Source: Comamonadaceae bacterium (GTDB lineage: Bacteria > Pseudomonadota > Gammaproteobacteria > Burkholderiales > Burkholderiaceae_C). From it: DNA of 64,000 bases. Shown one piece after another: positions 27,516 through 38,100 of the stretch (the stretch's first letter is position 1; every line of letters starts with the position of its first letter). The position numbers were made by a program, and so were the translations under genes. Below the pieces are notes generated by a model that did not search any database, was not told where the DNA came from, and saw only the letters and a list, made by a program, of their open reading frames with translations. The stretch spans positions 18,642 to 82,641 of the forward strand of contig CANEXF010000004.1 of NCBI GenBank assembly GCA_947443645.1, read 5' to 3'.

Positions 27516-28142
27516 ATGCCCACTTCCACCGCTCTAGAAGGCCTGACCCAGGCGCTACGCAAGCTGCCCGGCGTGGGGGTCAAGTCTGCTGCACGCATGG
27601 CGTTTCACCTGCTGCAGCACGACAAACCCGGCGCCTTGCAGATTGCGCGTGCGCTTGAGCATGCGGTCAACAGCATCAAGCACTGCGCGCTGTGCAACAC
27701 CTTGACAGAGCAGGAGATTTGCGGCACCTGCGCCAATGCCCAGCGCGACCGCAGCAAACTGTGTGTGGTTGAAACGCCCGCCGACCAGGCGGCGCTGGAG
27801 CGCACGCGAGCCTACAAAGGCCTGTACTTCGTGTTGATGGGCAAGCTCAATCCGCTTGACGGCATAGGCCCGCACGACATCGGCCTGCAAAAACTCTTTG
27901 ACCGCGCCGTTCCCAAGGACGACAGCGGCCAGCCCTTGCCCGCCGAAGCACGTGAGGTGCAGGAGGTGATTCTGGCCACCAACTTCACCGCGGAAGGCGA
28001 AGCCACCGCACATGTGATTGCCCAGGCGCTCAAAAGCCGTGGCATGCAGGTCACGCGGCTGGCGCGCGGCGTGCCTGTTGGCAGCGAGCTTGAATACGTT
28101 GACCTCGGCACCATTGCGCATGCGCTGGTGGACAGGCGCTGA
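27516..28142 (+). CDS. recR: Recombination protein RecR
   Basis: HhH motif [14 protein letters not shown], a C4 zinc finger [16 protein letters not shown], and a Toprim domain. Confidence 0.95.
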   Translation: MPTSTALEGLTQALRKLPGVGVKSAARMAFHLLQHDKPGALQIARALEHAVNSIKHCALCNTLTEQEICGTCANAQRDRSKLCVVETPADQAALERTRAYKGLYFVLMGKLNPLDGIGPHDIGLQKLFDRAVPKDDSGQPLPAEAREVQEVILATNFTAEGEATAHVIAQALKSRGMQVTRLARGVPVGSELEYVDLGTIAHALVDRR

Positions 28143-28179
28143 TGACAGATTAACTGACCCAAGAAAAGGTAATAAGAAA

Positions 28180-28593
28180 ATGACGTTTGCCCGTTTTACA
28201 GTTGCTTATTGGTGCGTTTTGATTGCTGCCATCCTGCCCATTGTCTGTGCCGGCATTGCCAAGTACGGCATGATGAACACGCCCAGGCGCGAAGGTGGTT
28301 ACGACAACAACAATCCGCGCGTCTGGCTGGCCCGGCAAACCGACTGGCGCGCCCGGGCCAACGCAGCCCAGGCCAACACCTTTGAAGCGCTGCCATTTTT
28401 TTTCGCCGCAGTCATCATTGCGCACCAGCTGCAAGCAGGGCAGGCCGGGCTGGATATCCTGGCCTTTTTGTTTGTGGTGCTGCGCATCGCCTACATCATG
28501 ATGTATGTGGCTGACATGGCCAAGACCAGAAGCAGCATCTGGGCGCTGGCCTTGCTGGTCAACGTCGGCATTCTTTTTTCCGGCTACCGCTGA
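28180..28593 (+). CDS. MAPEG family membrane protein
   Basis: 137 aa with 4 TM helices and NTFEALPFF, typical of MAPEG. The ATG follows aaaagg. The longer ORF in the track overlaps recR. Confidence 0.75.
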   Translation: MTFARFTVAYWCVLIAAILPIVCAGIAKYGMMNTPRREGGYDNNNPRVWLARQTDWRARANAAQANTFEALPFFFAAVIIAHQLQAGQAGLDILAFLFVVLRIAYIMMYVADMAKTRSSIWALALLVNVGILFSGYR

Positions 28594-28694
28594 TCCGTAG
28601 CTGCCGGGCGGCGATCCCGGCAAGCAACTGCGCATAGCTGCACATAGCTGGCTTTCGCAGCATCAGCTATGCCGCGCCAAGGCTTTTGGTAATA

Positions 28695-28729
28695 ACCCGC
28701 ACGGGATGACCCCGATGCGGGCTTTTTTT
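28695..28729 (+). terminator. Intrinsic terminator after the MAPEG gene
   Basis: Stem cccgca/tgcggg followed by cttttttt. Confidence 0.7.
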
Positions 28730-28779
28730 CGTCTTGCTAGGCTTGGGGTGTCACCAGTCAACCGTGAGTACACCCCCGA

Positions 28780-29829
28780 ATGAAGGCACCCGTCAGCATG
28801 TTGCGTCGTCGTATGGCCGCTGGCGCCGTCTTCTCGTTGGCCTCGCTGGTCTTGCCTGGACTGCGCGCCCAGGGCAAGCCGGAGCAGACAAAAATCACCC
28901 TGGCTGTCGGGGGTAAGGCCGCGTTTCATTATTTGCCGCTCACGATTTCCGAGCAGCTGGGTTATTTCAAGGCCGAGGGCCTGGAGCTTGAAGTTCTTGA
29001 TTTCGCCGGCGGCGGGCGCGCCCTGCAGGCGGTGGTGGGTGGCGCTGTCGACGTGTGCTCGGGTGCCTTTGAGCACACCATCAGGCTGCAGGCAAAAAAC
29101 CAGATGTTCAGGGCTTTTGTGCTGCAGGGGCGGGCGCCGCAAATCGCCTTTGGTGTGTCGACCAGGACGCTGCAGGACTACAAATCAATTGCTGAGCTCA
29201 AGGGCAAAAGAATTGGCGTGTCCGAGCTCAGCTTCTCGGGCCATGTGCTCGCGAACATGGTCTTGTTGCGTGGTGGCTTGCAGGCCGCTGATGTGAGCTT
29301 TGTCGAGCTTGGCTCGTTGGCTTCTGCGCTGACGGCGCTGCGTACGGGGCAGGTCGATGCGATCAGCTATAGCGACCCGGTGATGACCATGCTCGAGCAA
29401 AAGGGCGATGTCAAAATCATCAGCGACGCGCGTACGCTCAAGGGCACGACAGAAGTCTTTGGCGGCGTCATGCCGGCGGCCTGCCTGTATGCGAGCGAGG
29501 ACTTCGTCCAGAAAAATCCCCGTACATGTCAGGCGCTGGCCAATGCCATCGTGCGCGGCCTCAAATGGCTGCAGACCGCCGGTCCGGGCGACATCATCAA
29601 GACCGTGCCGGAAAGCTATCTATTGGGCGACCGCGCCTTGTTCCTGGCGTCTTTCACCAAGGTGCGCGAGGCTATCTCACTTGACGGCATGATGGCCGAG
29701 GACAGTGCGCGCACAGCGCTCAAGGCGCTGGCCAGCTTTGACCCATCAATCAGGATGGACAGGATAGATCTGTCCAAGACCTATACCAACGAGTTCGCCC
29801 GACGTGCAAAAGAGCATTTCAAAGCCTGA
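28780..29829 (+). CDS. ABC transporter periplasmic substrate-binding protein (NMT1/SsuA/TauA-like), orphan
   Basis: Signal peptide with an RRR n-region. The overall fold is that of the nitrate/sulfonate/bicarbonate binding-protein family. No permease or ATPase gene is adjacent. Confidence 0.75.
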   Translation: MKAPVSMLRRRMAAGAVFSLASLVLPGLRAQGKPEQTKITLAVGGKAAFHYLPLTISEQLGYFKAEGLELEVLDFAGGGRALQAVVGGAVDVCSGAFEHTIRLQAKNQMFRAFVLQGRAPQIAFGVSTRTLQDYKSIAELKGKRIGVSELSFSGHVLANMVLLRGGLQAADVSFVELGSLASALTALRTGQVDAISYSDPVMTMLEQKGDVKIISDARTLKGTTEVFGGVMPAACLYASEDFVQKNPRTCQALANAIVRGLKWLQTAGPGDIIKTVPESYLLGDRALFLASFTKVREAISLDGMMAEDSARTALKALASFDPSIRMDRIDLSKTYTNEFARRAKEHFKA

Positions 29830-29876
29830 GTGCCGGCCTTGGAATGGTGAAGCTCCGTGTGCTTTTCTCAGCAGCT

Positions 29877-31418
29877 CTATGACGGTCTTTTCTTTTTCAC
29901 GACTGCTTTGGCTGGCGCCCTGACGACCGCCTTGCTGGCCGGCTTGCTCGTCGTTTTTGGGGAAGTTCGGCTCCTGTCGGTGGTGGGGCCGATCCGGGTC
30001 TTGAGGGGCAGAAAAACCACCACCTGATGGCCCAGTTTGAAAGCCGTCGTGGCGCTGACGCTGTTCCATTCGGCCACGCTGGCAGCACTCAAGCCAAAAC
30101 GTTTGGCAATGCCGGCAACCGTTTCACCTTTGCGCGCCTTGACGGTGGTGCGGCGGGTGACGATCTCGGGGGCCAGACTCATTTGCGCGTTATCTGCGAC
30201 CTGGCTGCCGACGTCGGTTTCTACCTTGGCCGGGCGTGGCACCAGCAGCGTGGAGCCAGCCTTGATCAGCATGCGCGGTGGAATGTTGTTGACAGCGCGC
30301 AGGTCAAACTCGCTCATGCCCGTGCGTCTGGCGGCTTCGCCAGGGCTTAGCGTGGACGGTGCGACCCAGGCCATCCAGCTGGCGAACTGGCCCTGGCTGT
30401 AGGCGTCAAAATTGCGTTGAAAGACGGTTGCATTGTCCCAGGGCAGCAGGATCTGGGGGGTACCCGCGGCAATGATCACAGGTCTGTGCGCCGAAGGGTT
30501 CAAGGCTTTGAAATCTTCCAGCTTCACATCGGCGAGCTTGGCTGCAAGCGCCACGTCAATGTCCCGGCCAAGTTGCACTTGCTGGAAATAGGGGTGGTTT
30601 TCAATCAGCGGCAGCTCTGTGCGAAAGCCCAGTGGATTGGCCACGATGTTTTTGACAGCCTGCAGTTTGGGTACATACAGCCGCGTCTCCGCTGGCATGT
30701 TCAGATCCAGATAGCCCGTGCCAAGGCCTGCCTTCTGGTTACGCGCGATGGCGCGGCTGACGCTGCCTTCACCCCAGTTGTAGGCCGCCAGCGCGAGATG
30801 CCAGTCGCCGAACATGCCATAGAGTTTTTGCAGGTAATCCAGCGCGGCGCGGGTCGATGCCAGCACATCGCGCCTGTCATCCCTGAAGGCGTTTTGCTTG
30901 AGGTCAAAGTACTTTCCTGTTGCCGGCATGAATTGCCACATTCCGGCAGCCTTGGCGCTGGAGACCGCCTGCGGGTTGAACGCGCTTTCTATGAAGGGCA
31001 GCAAGGCCAGCTCGGTCGGCATCTGACGACGCTCCAGCTCTTCGACGATATGAAACAGGTATTTGCTGGAGCGCTCTGTCATGCGCAGCATGTAGTCGGG
31101 CCGGCTGGAATACCACTGCTCGCGGTCTGTGACCAGATCGCTTTCCAGATCAGGCATCGCAAAGCCGCGCCGTATGCGGTCCCACAATTCCTTGGGTGGC
31201 TCAGTCGAAAAAATCTTCAGCCCGCCCACTTGACCGGGCGTGATGCTTTGCAGCGGCGCGCCCGCCGGGCCGCGAGGTGAGCGCGCCTGCGGGCCTGCCG
31301 CCTCCGGGACTGCTGCGGTCTTGAGCACGGGGTCGCCCGGCATGCCGGGTTGGCTTGCGCAAGCTGCAAGCAGGGCAGCGCCCAGCAGCAGCGCAGAAAA
31401 AGTCATGCGGCTCGTCAT
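29877..31418 (-). CDS. mltD: Membrane-bound lytic murein transglycosylase D (SLT domain plus LysM repeats)
   Basis: Lipobox LLAAC, SLT catalytic region LLPFIESAFNP...GMWQFM, and C-terminal LysM repeats. The start is taken at Met 31418; the ORF extends to 31487. Confidence 0.9.
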   Translation of the reverse strand: MTSRMTFSALLLGAALLAACASQPGMPGDPVLKTAAVPEAAGPQARSPRGPAGAPLQSITPGQVGGLKIFSTEPPKELWDRIRRGFAMPDLESDLVTDREQWYSSRPDYMLRMTERSSKYLFHIVEELERRQMPTELALLPFIESAFNPQAVSSAKAAGMWQFMPATGKYFDLKQNAFRDDRRDVLASTRAALDYLQKLYGMFGDWHLALAAYNWGEGSVSRAIARNQKAGLGTGYLDLNMPAETRLYVPKLQAVKNIVANPLGFRTELPLIENHPYFQQVQLGRDIDVALAAKLADVKLEDFKALNPSAHRPVIIAAGTPQILLPWDNATVFQRNFDAYSQGQFASWMAWVAPSTLSPGEAARRTGMSEFDLRAVNNIPPRMLIKAGSTLLVPRPAKVETDVGSQVADNAQMSLAPEIVTRRTTVKARKGETVAGIAKRFGLSAASVAEWNSVSATTAFKLGHQVVVFLPLKTRIGPTTDRSRTSPKTTSKPASKAVVRAPAKAVVKKKRPS

Positions 31419-31483
31419 GCGATGGCTATCGCGCAGTCGTGACCTAAGTCGGGAAAGCAAGTTGTCAGGCCGTTGATGGGGCG

Positions 31484-32257
31484 TCATTTAAATTGGTTTT
31501 TCCACTGCCTGATCGCGGCAAATACAGAAATGTCGTCATGGGCCGCTGCATCAAAATGCCTGGCAGCCTGTTTAACCGTGGCCTGCCTGGTACGCAAAAA
31601 TGGGTTGATCAGCAGTTCTCGGGCGATGGAAGTCGGCAGCGTTGGCTGCTCATGCATACGCAATTTTACGCATTCTGCATGGTAGTCCACGAGATCGGCG
31701 TTGTCGGGCTCGACGGCCAGTGCAAAGCGCAGATTGCTCAGGGTGTACTCATGTGTGCAGCAGACGCAGGTTTGACCGGGAAGTGCTGCGAGCTTGTCCA
31801 GCGAGGCCAGCATCTGTGCGGGCGTGCCCTCAAACAGCCGACCGCAGCCGCCAGAAAACAAGGTGTCACCGCAAAACAGCAGGGGCCGGCCATTCATCTC
31901 GGGCGCATAAAACGCAATGTGTCCCGCCGTGTGTCCCGGAACTTCAAGCACCGTGAAATCCAGATTCATGGACCTGACCACGTCGCCTTCGCGCAGCGGC
32001 TGGTAGGGCGCGGGAATTTTCTCGCTGGCCGGGCCATAAACCTGGGCGCCGGTGGCTTCACGCAGCGCAGCAACGCCGCCTGTGTGGTCCATGTGGTGAT
32101 GGGTGACTAGAATCGACTCCAATTGCAGGGCCTGGTCCTTGAGCACCTGCAGCACAGGAGCGGCGTCGCCAGGATCCACCACCAGCGCCCGCTGGCCGTC
32201 ATGCAGCATCCAGAGGTAGTTGTCGGCAAACGCCGGGATGGGAATCAATTTCAACAT
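31484..32257 (-). CDS. gloB: Hydroxyacylglutathione hydrolase (glyoxalase II)
   Basis: MLKLIPIPAFADNYLWML N-terminus and the THHHMDH metallo-beta-lactamase motif. Confidence 0.93.
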   Translation of the reverse strand: MLKLIPIPAFADNYLWMLHDGQRALVVDPGDAAPVLQVLKDQALQLESILVTHHHMDHTGGVAALREATGAQVYGPASEKIPAPYQPLREGDVVRSMNLDFTVLEVPGHTAGHIAFYAPEMNGRPLLFCGDTLFSGGCGRLFEGTPAQMLASLDKLAALPGQTCVCCTHEYTLSNLRFALAVEPDNADLVDYHAECVKLRMHEQPTLPTSIARELLINPFLRTRQATVKQAARHFDAAAHDDISVFAAIRQWKNQFK

Positions 32258-32269
32258 GCAGTGGTCCTG

Positions 32270-33112
32270 ATGAACTCGAAAATTATAAGTTTGACAGACT
32301 GGCTCGCAACCCCGCCCGGTGCCTATCTGCTGGCTTGGGAGCAGGCGCAATTCGATCAGGCCGTTGGCGATATTTTTGGCTTTCACGCGCTGCAATTGTG
32401 CTTGCCCGAGCTCGATACCTTGAGATGCAACCGCATGCCGCACCGTTGGCTCGCCGGGCAGGTCGAGTCTACAACTTCAAGCGGCGCAGCAGTCAATATC
32501 AATTCAGTCACTGTCTTGACCTCGGCAGCAAGCCCCGTCGCGGCCTGCCGACCGCGCGCGGCGCTGGTGACGGACTCGGGTGCTTTGCCATTTGCCGAAA
32601 ACAGTCTTGATCTCGTGGTGATGCCGCACACGCTTGAGCTGAGCCGCGACCCGCATGCCAGTCTGCGCGAGGTCGAGCGCGTGCTGGTGCCAGAAGGACG
32701 GGTGGTGATCAGCGGCTTCAACCCCACCAGCTTGTGGGGCATGCGCCAGCGCCGCGCACATTTTTACCAGCGCCTGGGCTATGAGGATTCGTTTTTGCCC
32801 GAGACTGGCGAATTTATTGGTTACTGGCGTTTGCGCGACTGGTTCAGATTGCTCAGCTTTGAGGTAGAGTCGGGTCGCTTTGGCTGCTACCGTCCGGCAC
32901 TCACCAGCCAGCAATGGCTGGAGCGATTTGACTGGATGGACAGCACAGGCGCGCGCTGGTGGCCGATTTTTGGTGCCGTGTATTTTCTGGTGGCGGTCAA
33001 GCGCGTGCGTGGTGTGCGCCTGCTGGAGCCGGCCTGGAAGTCACGCAAGCAGGCCGCCCCGGCTCCAGCCGTCATCGCCAACAAGGCGCCCAGCGCCCGC
33101 AAACAGACATAG
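32270..33112 (+). CDS. Class I SAM-dependent methyltransferase (YafS-like)
   Basis: It occupies the position between gloB and rnhA, as in E. coli. It has FGFHALQL and a Methyltransf_11-like core. Confidence 0.8.
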   Translation: MNSKIISLTDWLATPPGAYLLAWEQAQFDQAVGDIFGFHALQLCLPELDTLRCNRMPHRWLAGQVESTTSSGAAVNINSVTVLTSAASPVAACRPRAALVTDSGALPFAENSLDLVVMPHTLELSRDPHASLREVERVLVPEGRVVISGFNPTSLWGMRQRRAHFYQRLGYEDSFLPETGEFIGYWRLRDWFRLLSFEVESGRFGCYRPALTSQQWLERFDWMDSTGARWWPIFGAVYFLVAVKRVRGVRLLEPAWKSRKQAAPAPAVIANKAPSARKQT

Positions 33113-33163
33113 CGACCGAGCGCCTTTTTTGTTCCCCTACCCAACGGAAATTTCAAGCTATCC

Positions 33164-33658
33164 ATGACCGCTTCGCATACAGATAAAGATAAAAATAATG
33201 ACAGCGCGCCTCAGCACGTGGTGATTTATACCGATGGCGCCTGCAAGGGCAACCCCGGCCCAGGCGGCTGGGGTGCAGTACTGACGACCAGCAGCAGTGA
33301 AAAAGAGCTTTTCGGCGGCGAGCTGGGAACCACCAACAACCGCATGGAAATCATGGCGGTGATTGAGGCGCTGTCGGCGCTCAAACGCCCCTGCGCCGTC
33401 ACCCTCTACCTTGACAGTGAATATGTGCGCAAAGGCATTACCGAGTGGATTCACGGCTGGAAAGCCCGTGGCTGGCGCACTGCAGCCAAGGCGCCGGTAA
33501 AAAATGTCGACTTGTGGCAGCGGCTGGACGCGCTGGTGGCGAGCAGTGGTCACAAGATAGATTGGCGCTGGGTCAAGGGCCATGCGGGCGACCCAGGCAA
33601 CGAGCGCGCTGACGGCTTGGCCAACAAGGGCGTCGAGCGCGCTCTGGGACGTCTCTGA
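33164..33658 (+). CDS. rnhA: Ribonuclease HI
   Basis: [19 protein letters not shown] and a conserved C-terminus. It also has a 13-aa AT-rich N-terminal extension. Confidence 0.95.
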   Translation: MTASHTDKDKNNDSAPQHVVIYTDGACKGNPGPGGWGAVLTTSSSEKELFGGELGTTNNRMEIMAVIEALSALKRPCAVTLYLDSEYVRKGITEWIHGWKARGWRTAAKAPVKNVDLWQRLDALVASSGHKIDWRWVKGHAGDPGNERADGLANKGVERALGRL

Positions 33659-33776
33659 GACCGGCATACGAGCAGCCGCAAAAGTGCGTACCATACGCAT
33701 GCTTACCATCGCCGCTGAACGGGCGCATGCTGACAGCTTGAAGCTTCCTTACTTTTCACCATAAGTCATTTTTCCC

Positions 33777-35123
33777 ATGGCATCAAAAGCAATTTACACA
33801 GTGGTCGCGGCAGCGGGTATTGCGGCTGCATCGGGCGCTGCCTGGTGGTTCCAGAAACCTGCGACTGGTGATGCCATGTCTGGTAAGGCGTCCTCAACGG
33901 CGCCAGCCACCGCCTCGGCGCAGGGCGCCAGCGGCAAGCCACCCACGGTTGAGGTCGCCAAGGTAGAAGTCGCCAGGCTCAGCGATGACACACAGGCCGT
34001 GGGCAGTTTGCGTTCGCGCCGTGGCGTGGTTCTCAGGCCAGAGATCAGTGGCCGCATCACCCAGCTCAACTTTACTGATGGTCAGCGCGTGCGCAAAGGC
34101 CAGGTGCTGGTGCAATTTGACGACCAGCTGCAACTGGCTCAGGTACAGCAAAGCCAGGCTGAGTTGTCCATTGCCCAAGCCAATCAAAAACGCAACCAGG
34201 AGCTGGTGGCGCAAAATTTCATCAGCCAGCGCTCGCTGGATGAAAGCGCCGCCAACCTTGAGGTTGCGCAGGCCAAGCTGGCCTTGTCCAAAGCCACGGC
34301 TGAACGTTTGAAGATCATTGCGCCGTTTGATGGCATCGTGGGAATCCGGTCTGTCAACGTAGGTGACTATTTGAAGGACGGCGCGGACGTTGTCAACATC
34401 GAAGACATTGACGCGATTTTTGTCGATTTCCGGCTGCCTGAGCGCTTCCAAGCCAAAGTCAAGACTGGCCAAACCGCTAATATCGATATTGATGCCTTGC
34501 CAGGCCGCAAGTTCGTTGCCCATATTCAGGCGATTGACCCTTTGATTGATGCCAACGGTCGCTCTGTGGGTGTGCGCGGCTGTATTGATAACCGCCAGCT
34601 GCAGCTGCGTCCCGGCATGTTTGCGCGGGTCAACACTGTTTTTGGCGTGCGAGAGACCGCCATGGTGATCCCCGAAGAAGCCATCATTCCCCAAGGTCAA
34701 AAAGTTTTTGTTATCAAACTGTTGCCAGGCACGAATGAAAATAACCGGATCACCCAACGTGTAGAAGTCAAGGTTGGATTACGCCGCCCTGGCAAGGTTG
34801 AAATTCTGGATGGCTTGAAGCCGACCGACACCGTGGTGGCCAACGGCCAACAGCGTATTCAAAAAGACGGCACCCTGGTAAATTTGCTAGACTTGTCAGC
34901 CCGCGGCGGCAAACCAGACGATGCCGCGGGCCCGCCCGCCGCATCGCTTGCTGCGTCAGCACCAGCAGCCATGTCGGCGATCGCTGTCAAGCCTGTCGCG
35001 GCCCCCGGCAAGATGGCCAATTTGTCTGCTGGCCCCAACCCTTGCCTTCAGGGTCTGGATGCTGCGGGCAAACTGGATAAAAAGTCCGGGAAAAAGCCCG
35101 CGCCGACGCCGACTGCGTCCTGA
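33777..35123 (+). CDS. RND efflux periplasmic adaptor (membrane fusion protein)
   Basis: HlyD/MdtA-like barrel-sandwich and coiled-coil regions. It lies directly upstream of the RND pump gene. Confidence 0.9.
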   Translation: MASKAIYTVVAAAGIAAASGAAWWFQKPATGDAMSGKASSTAPATASAQGASGKPPTVEVAKVEVARLSDDTQAVGSLRSRRGVVLRPEISGRITQLNFTDGQRVRKGQVLVQFDDQLQLAQVQQSQAELSIAQANQKRNQELVAQNFISQRSLDESAANLEVAQAKLALSKATAERLKIIAPFDGIVGIRSVNVGDYLKDGADVVNIEDIDAIFVDFRLPERFQAKVKTGQTANIDIDALPGRKFVAHIQAIDPLIDANGRSVGVRGCIDNRQLQLRPGMFARVNTVFGVRETAMVIPEEAIIPQGQKVFVIKLLPGTNENNRITQRVEVKVGLRRPGKVEILDGLKPTDTVVANGQQRIQKDGTLVNLLDLSARGGKPDDAAGPPAASLAASAPAAMSAIAVKPVAAPGKMANLSAGPNPCLQGLDAAGKLDKKSGKKPAPTPTAS

Positions 35124-35166
35124 TATTGCCAACTTCGTGTGATCGCACTTTCTTCACTGGCACACC

Positions 35167-38100
35167 ATGCAACTAGCTGAAATTTCCATTCGACGCCCGG
35201 TGTTTGCCACCGTTCTATCTTTGCTTGTGCTGCTTGTTGGTGCTGTCAGCTTTACCAAGCTGTCGGTGCGTGAGTACCCCAAGATCGACGAGCCCGTCGT
35301 TACCGTCAGTGTCAAGTATGCAGGCGCATCAGCTGAGGTCATGGAGTCTCAAGTCAGCAAACCGCTGGAGGACTCAATCGCGGGTATTGACGCGGTGGAT
35401 GTGATTACCTCCATCAGCCGCGCCGAGCAAACGCAAATCACAGTTCGTTTTCGACTTGAAAAAGACGCGGATACTGCCGCCGCCGAGGTACGCGACAGAA
35501 CATCACGCGTGCGCAACCGCTTGCCGCAAGCTGTCGAAGAACCTGTGATTGCCAAAGTAGAGGCTGATGCCTTTCCAGTCATCTGGCTTTCCTTCAACAG
35601 CGAAACCTTGAACCCGCTGGAGATCAACGACCTGGTCAACCGCATCGTCAAGCCGCGCCTGCAAACGGTTACTGGCGCTGCCGATGTACGTATTTTTGGC
35701 GAACGTAAATACGCCATGCGCGTCTGGCTCGACCCCGACAAACTGGCCGCCTACAAACTAACCACGCAAGACGCTGAGGACGCCATACGGCGCAGCAACC
35801 TTGAAGTGCCAGCCGGCCGGATCGAGTCAACGCAGCGTGAGTTCAGCGTCACGTCGCAGACCGACCTGTCCCGGCCGTCGCAGTTTTCAGACATCATCAT
35901 TAAAAATGCGAATGGATTCCCGGTACGCATTCGTGATGTGGGCCGTGTGGAAGAAGCTGCCGCCGATGAACGCAGCGGCTCACGTCTGAACGGCAGGTCA
36001 TCAATCACGGCTGGTGTGATTCGGCAAGCGACAGCCAATCCGCTTGAATTGAGCAATGGCGTGCGGGCCATGATTCCCAAGCTCAGAGCCGACTTGCCGC
36101 CCAGCGTTCAAATTGACATTGCCAACGACAACTCGGTCTTCATCGCCAAGTCTATTGACAGCGTTTTCAGAACCATCATCGAAGCAATTGTTCTGGTTGC
36201 GTTGGTGATTTTTGTTTTCCTGCGCACGCTGCGAGCCTCAATCATTCCGATCATCACGATTCCAGTGTGTCTGATCGGCACCTTCGCGCTAATGGCACTG
36301 GCCGGCTTCAGCATCAACACATTGACTTTGCTGGCCTTGGTGCTGGCGATCGGCTTGGTGGTTGATGACGCCATTGTGGTGCTCGAAAATATTTACCGCC
36401 ATATTGAAGAAGGGCTAGACCCGTTCTCGGCATCCATTAAAGGTGCACGGGAGGTGAGTTTTGCGGTTATTGCGATGACGATCACGCTGGCGGCGGTTTA
36501 CGCACCGCTTGCCTTCACGCCGGGCCGAACGGGCCGCCTGTTCATTGAGTTTGCCTTGGCACTGGCCGGGGCTGTAGTGGTGTCAGGCTTTATCGCGCTG
36601 ACCCTGTCACCCATGATGTGTTCACTGCTGCTCAAGCACAACCCAACGCCCAGCTGGTTTGACCGCACCATGGAGAAGCTGCTCACTCGATTGACCTCAC
36701 GGTACCAGGCCATGTTGACCTGGCTGGTGAGCACAGGCTATGACCGCCAACACCAACAGCGCGGGTTCGTTAACGCGGTCAAGCGGGTTGTTCTGAACAC
36801 GCGGTGGATTGTGGTGGCGGTAATGTTTGTTTGCGCCCTTGCCCTCGCCTGGGTGTTGCCGAGCATGAAACGTGAACTGTCGCCCCTTGAAGACCGCGGT
36901 CAGGTGCTCGCGGTTGTGACCGCGCCTGACGGTGCGACGCTGGGCTATACCGATCGCTATGTTGATGCGATTGAGAAGCTGGGCGCGCCATATAAAGAAT
37001 TCGACAGGATTTTTGTATCGTCCGGCAACCCCACGGTGTCGCAGGCCAATGTGTTTTTCCGTGCGGTCGATTGGGACAAGCGCACTCGGTCTACGCTGGA
37101 GATGGCGCGCGAGTTGCAGCCCAAGCTGGCAGGATTGCCTGGGGTGACGGCTTTCCCCATCACCCCGCCATCGCTAGGACAGGGCTTTCGTGAACGGCCA
37201 GTCAATTTTGTGATCGTGACGACCGAGAGTTACCAAAACCTGGCAGCGGTGACGCGCCGGTTTATGGAGGAAATCGCCAAAAATCCAGGCATAGTATCGG
37301 CTGATATTGACCTGCGACTCAACAAGCCTGAGCTCAAAATTGACGTCGATCGCGATAAAGCCGCTGACTTGGGCGTACCTGTTGACGTGGTCGCCCGTGC
37401 CGTTGAAACCATGCTTGGTGGAAGGCAAGTGACGCGCTACAAACGTGAGGGCGAGCAGTTCGATGTGATTGTGCAAACCGCCGCTACGGGTCGCGATACG
37501 CCCGATGATATTGAGAAGATTTTTGTGCGTGGCCGCAATGACGCCATGATTCCATTGGCCAGTCTCGTCAAGGTACGTGAATCGGTTGCCCCGCGCGAGT
37601 TAAATCACTTCAGCCAGCGCCGTTCAGTGTCAATCACCGCCAATCTGGCGGCTGACTATTCGCTGGGCCAGGCGCTGGACTTTCTGGACGGTACCGCCAA
37701 CAAATTGCTCAAGCCAGGTTACACAACTGATTTGAACGGCACATCCCGGGAGTTTAAAAACTCACAAGGCTCGCTCATCATTGTGTTTGGCCTGTCGCTC
37801 CTGTTCATCTTTTTGGTGCTGGCGGCGCAGTTTGAAAGCTTTATTGATCCGCTGGTCATCATGCTGTCGGTGCCGCTGTCCATGATTGGTGCGCTGCTGG
37901 CGCTCAAATGGTCGGGCGGCTCGCTCAACGTGTACTCGCAGATTGGTCTGATCACGCTGGTTGGACTGATTACCAAGCACGGTATTTTGATAGTCGAGTT
38001 CACCAACCAGTTGCGCGCGCAAGGCATGGAGATGGTCGATGCGCTGGTCAAGGCTTCAGCCCAGCGTTTGCGGCCCATCCTGATGACGACCGGCGCAATG

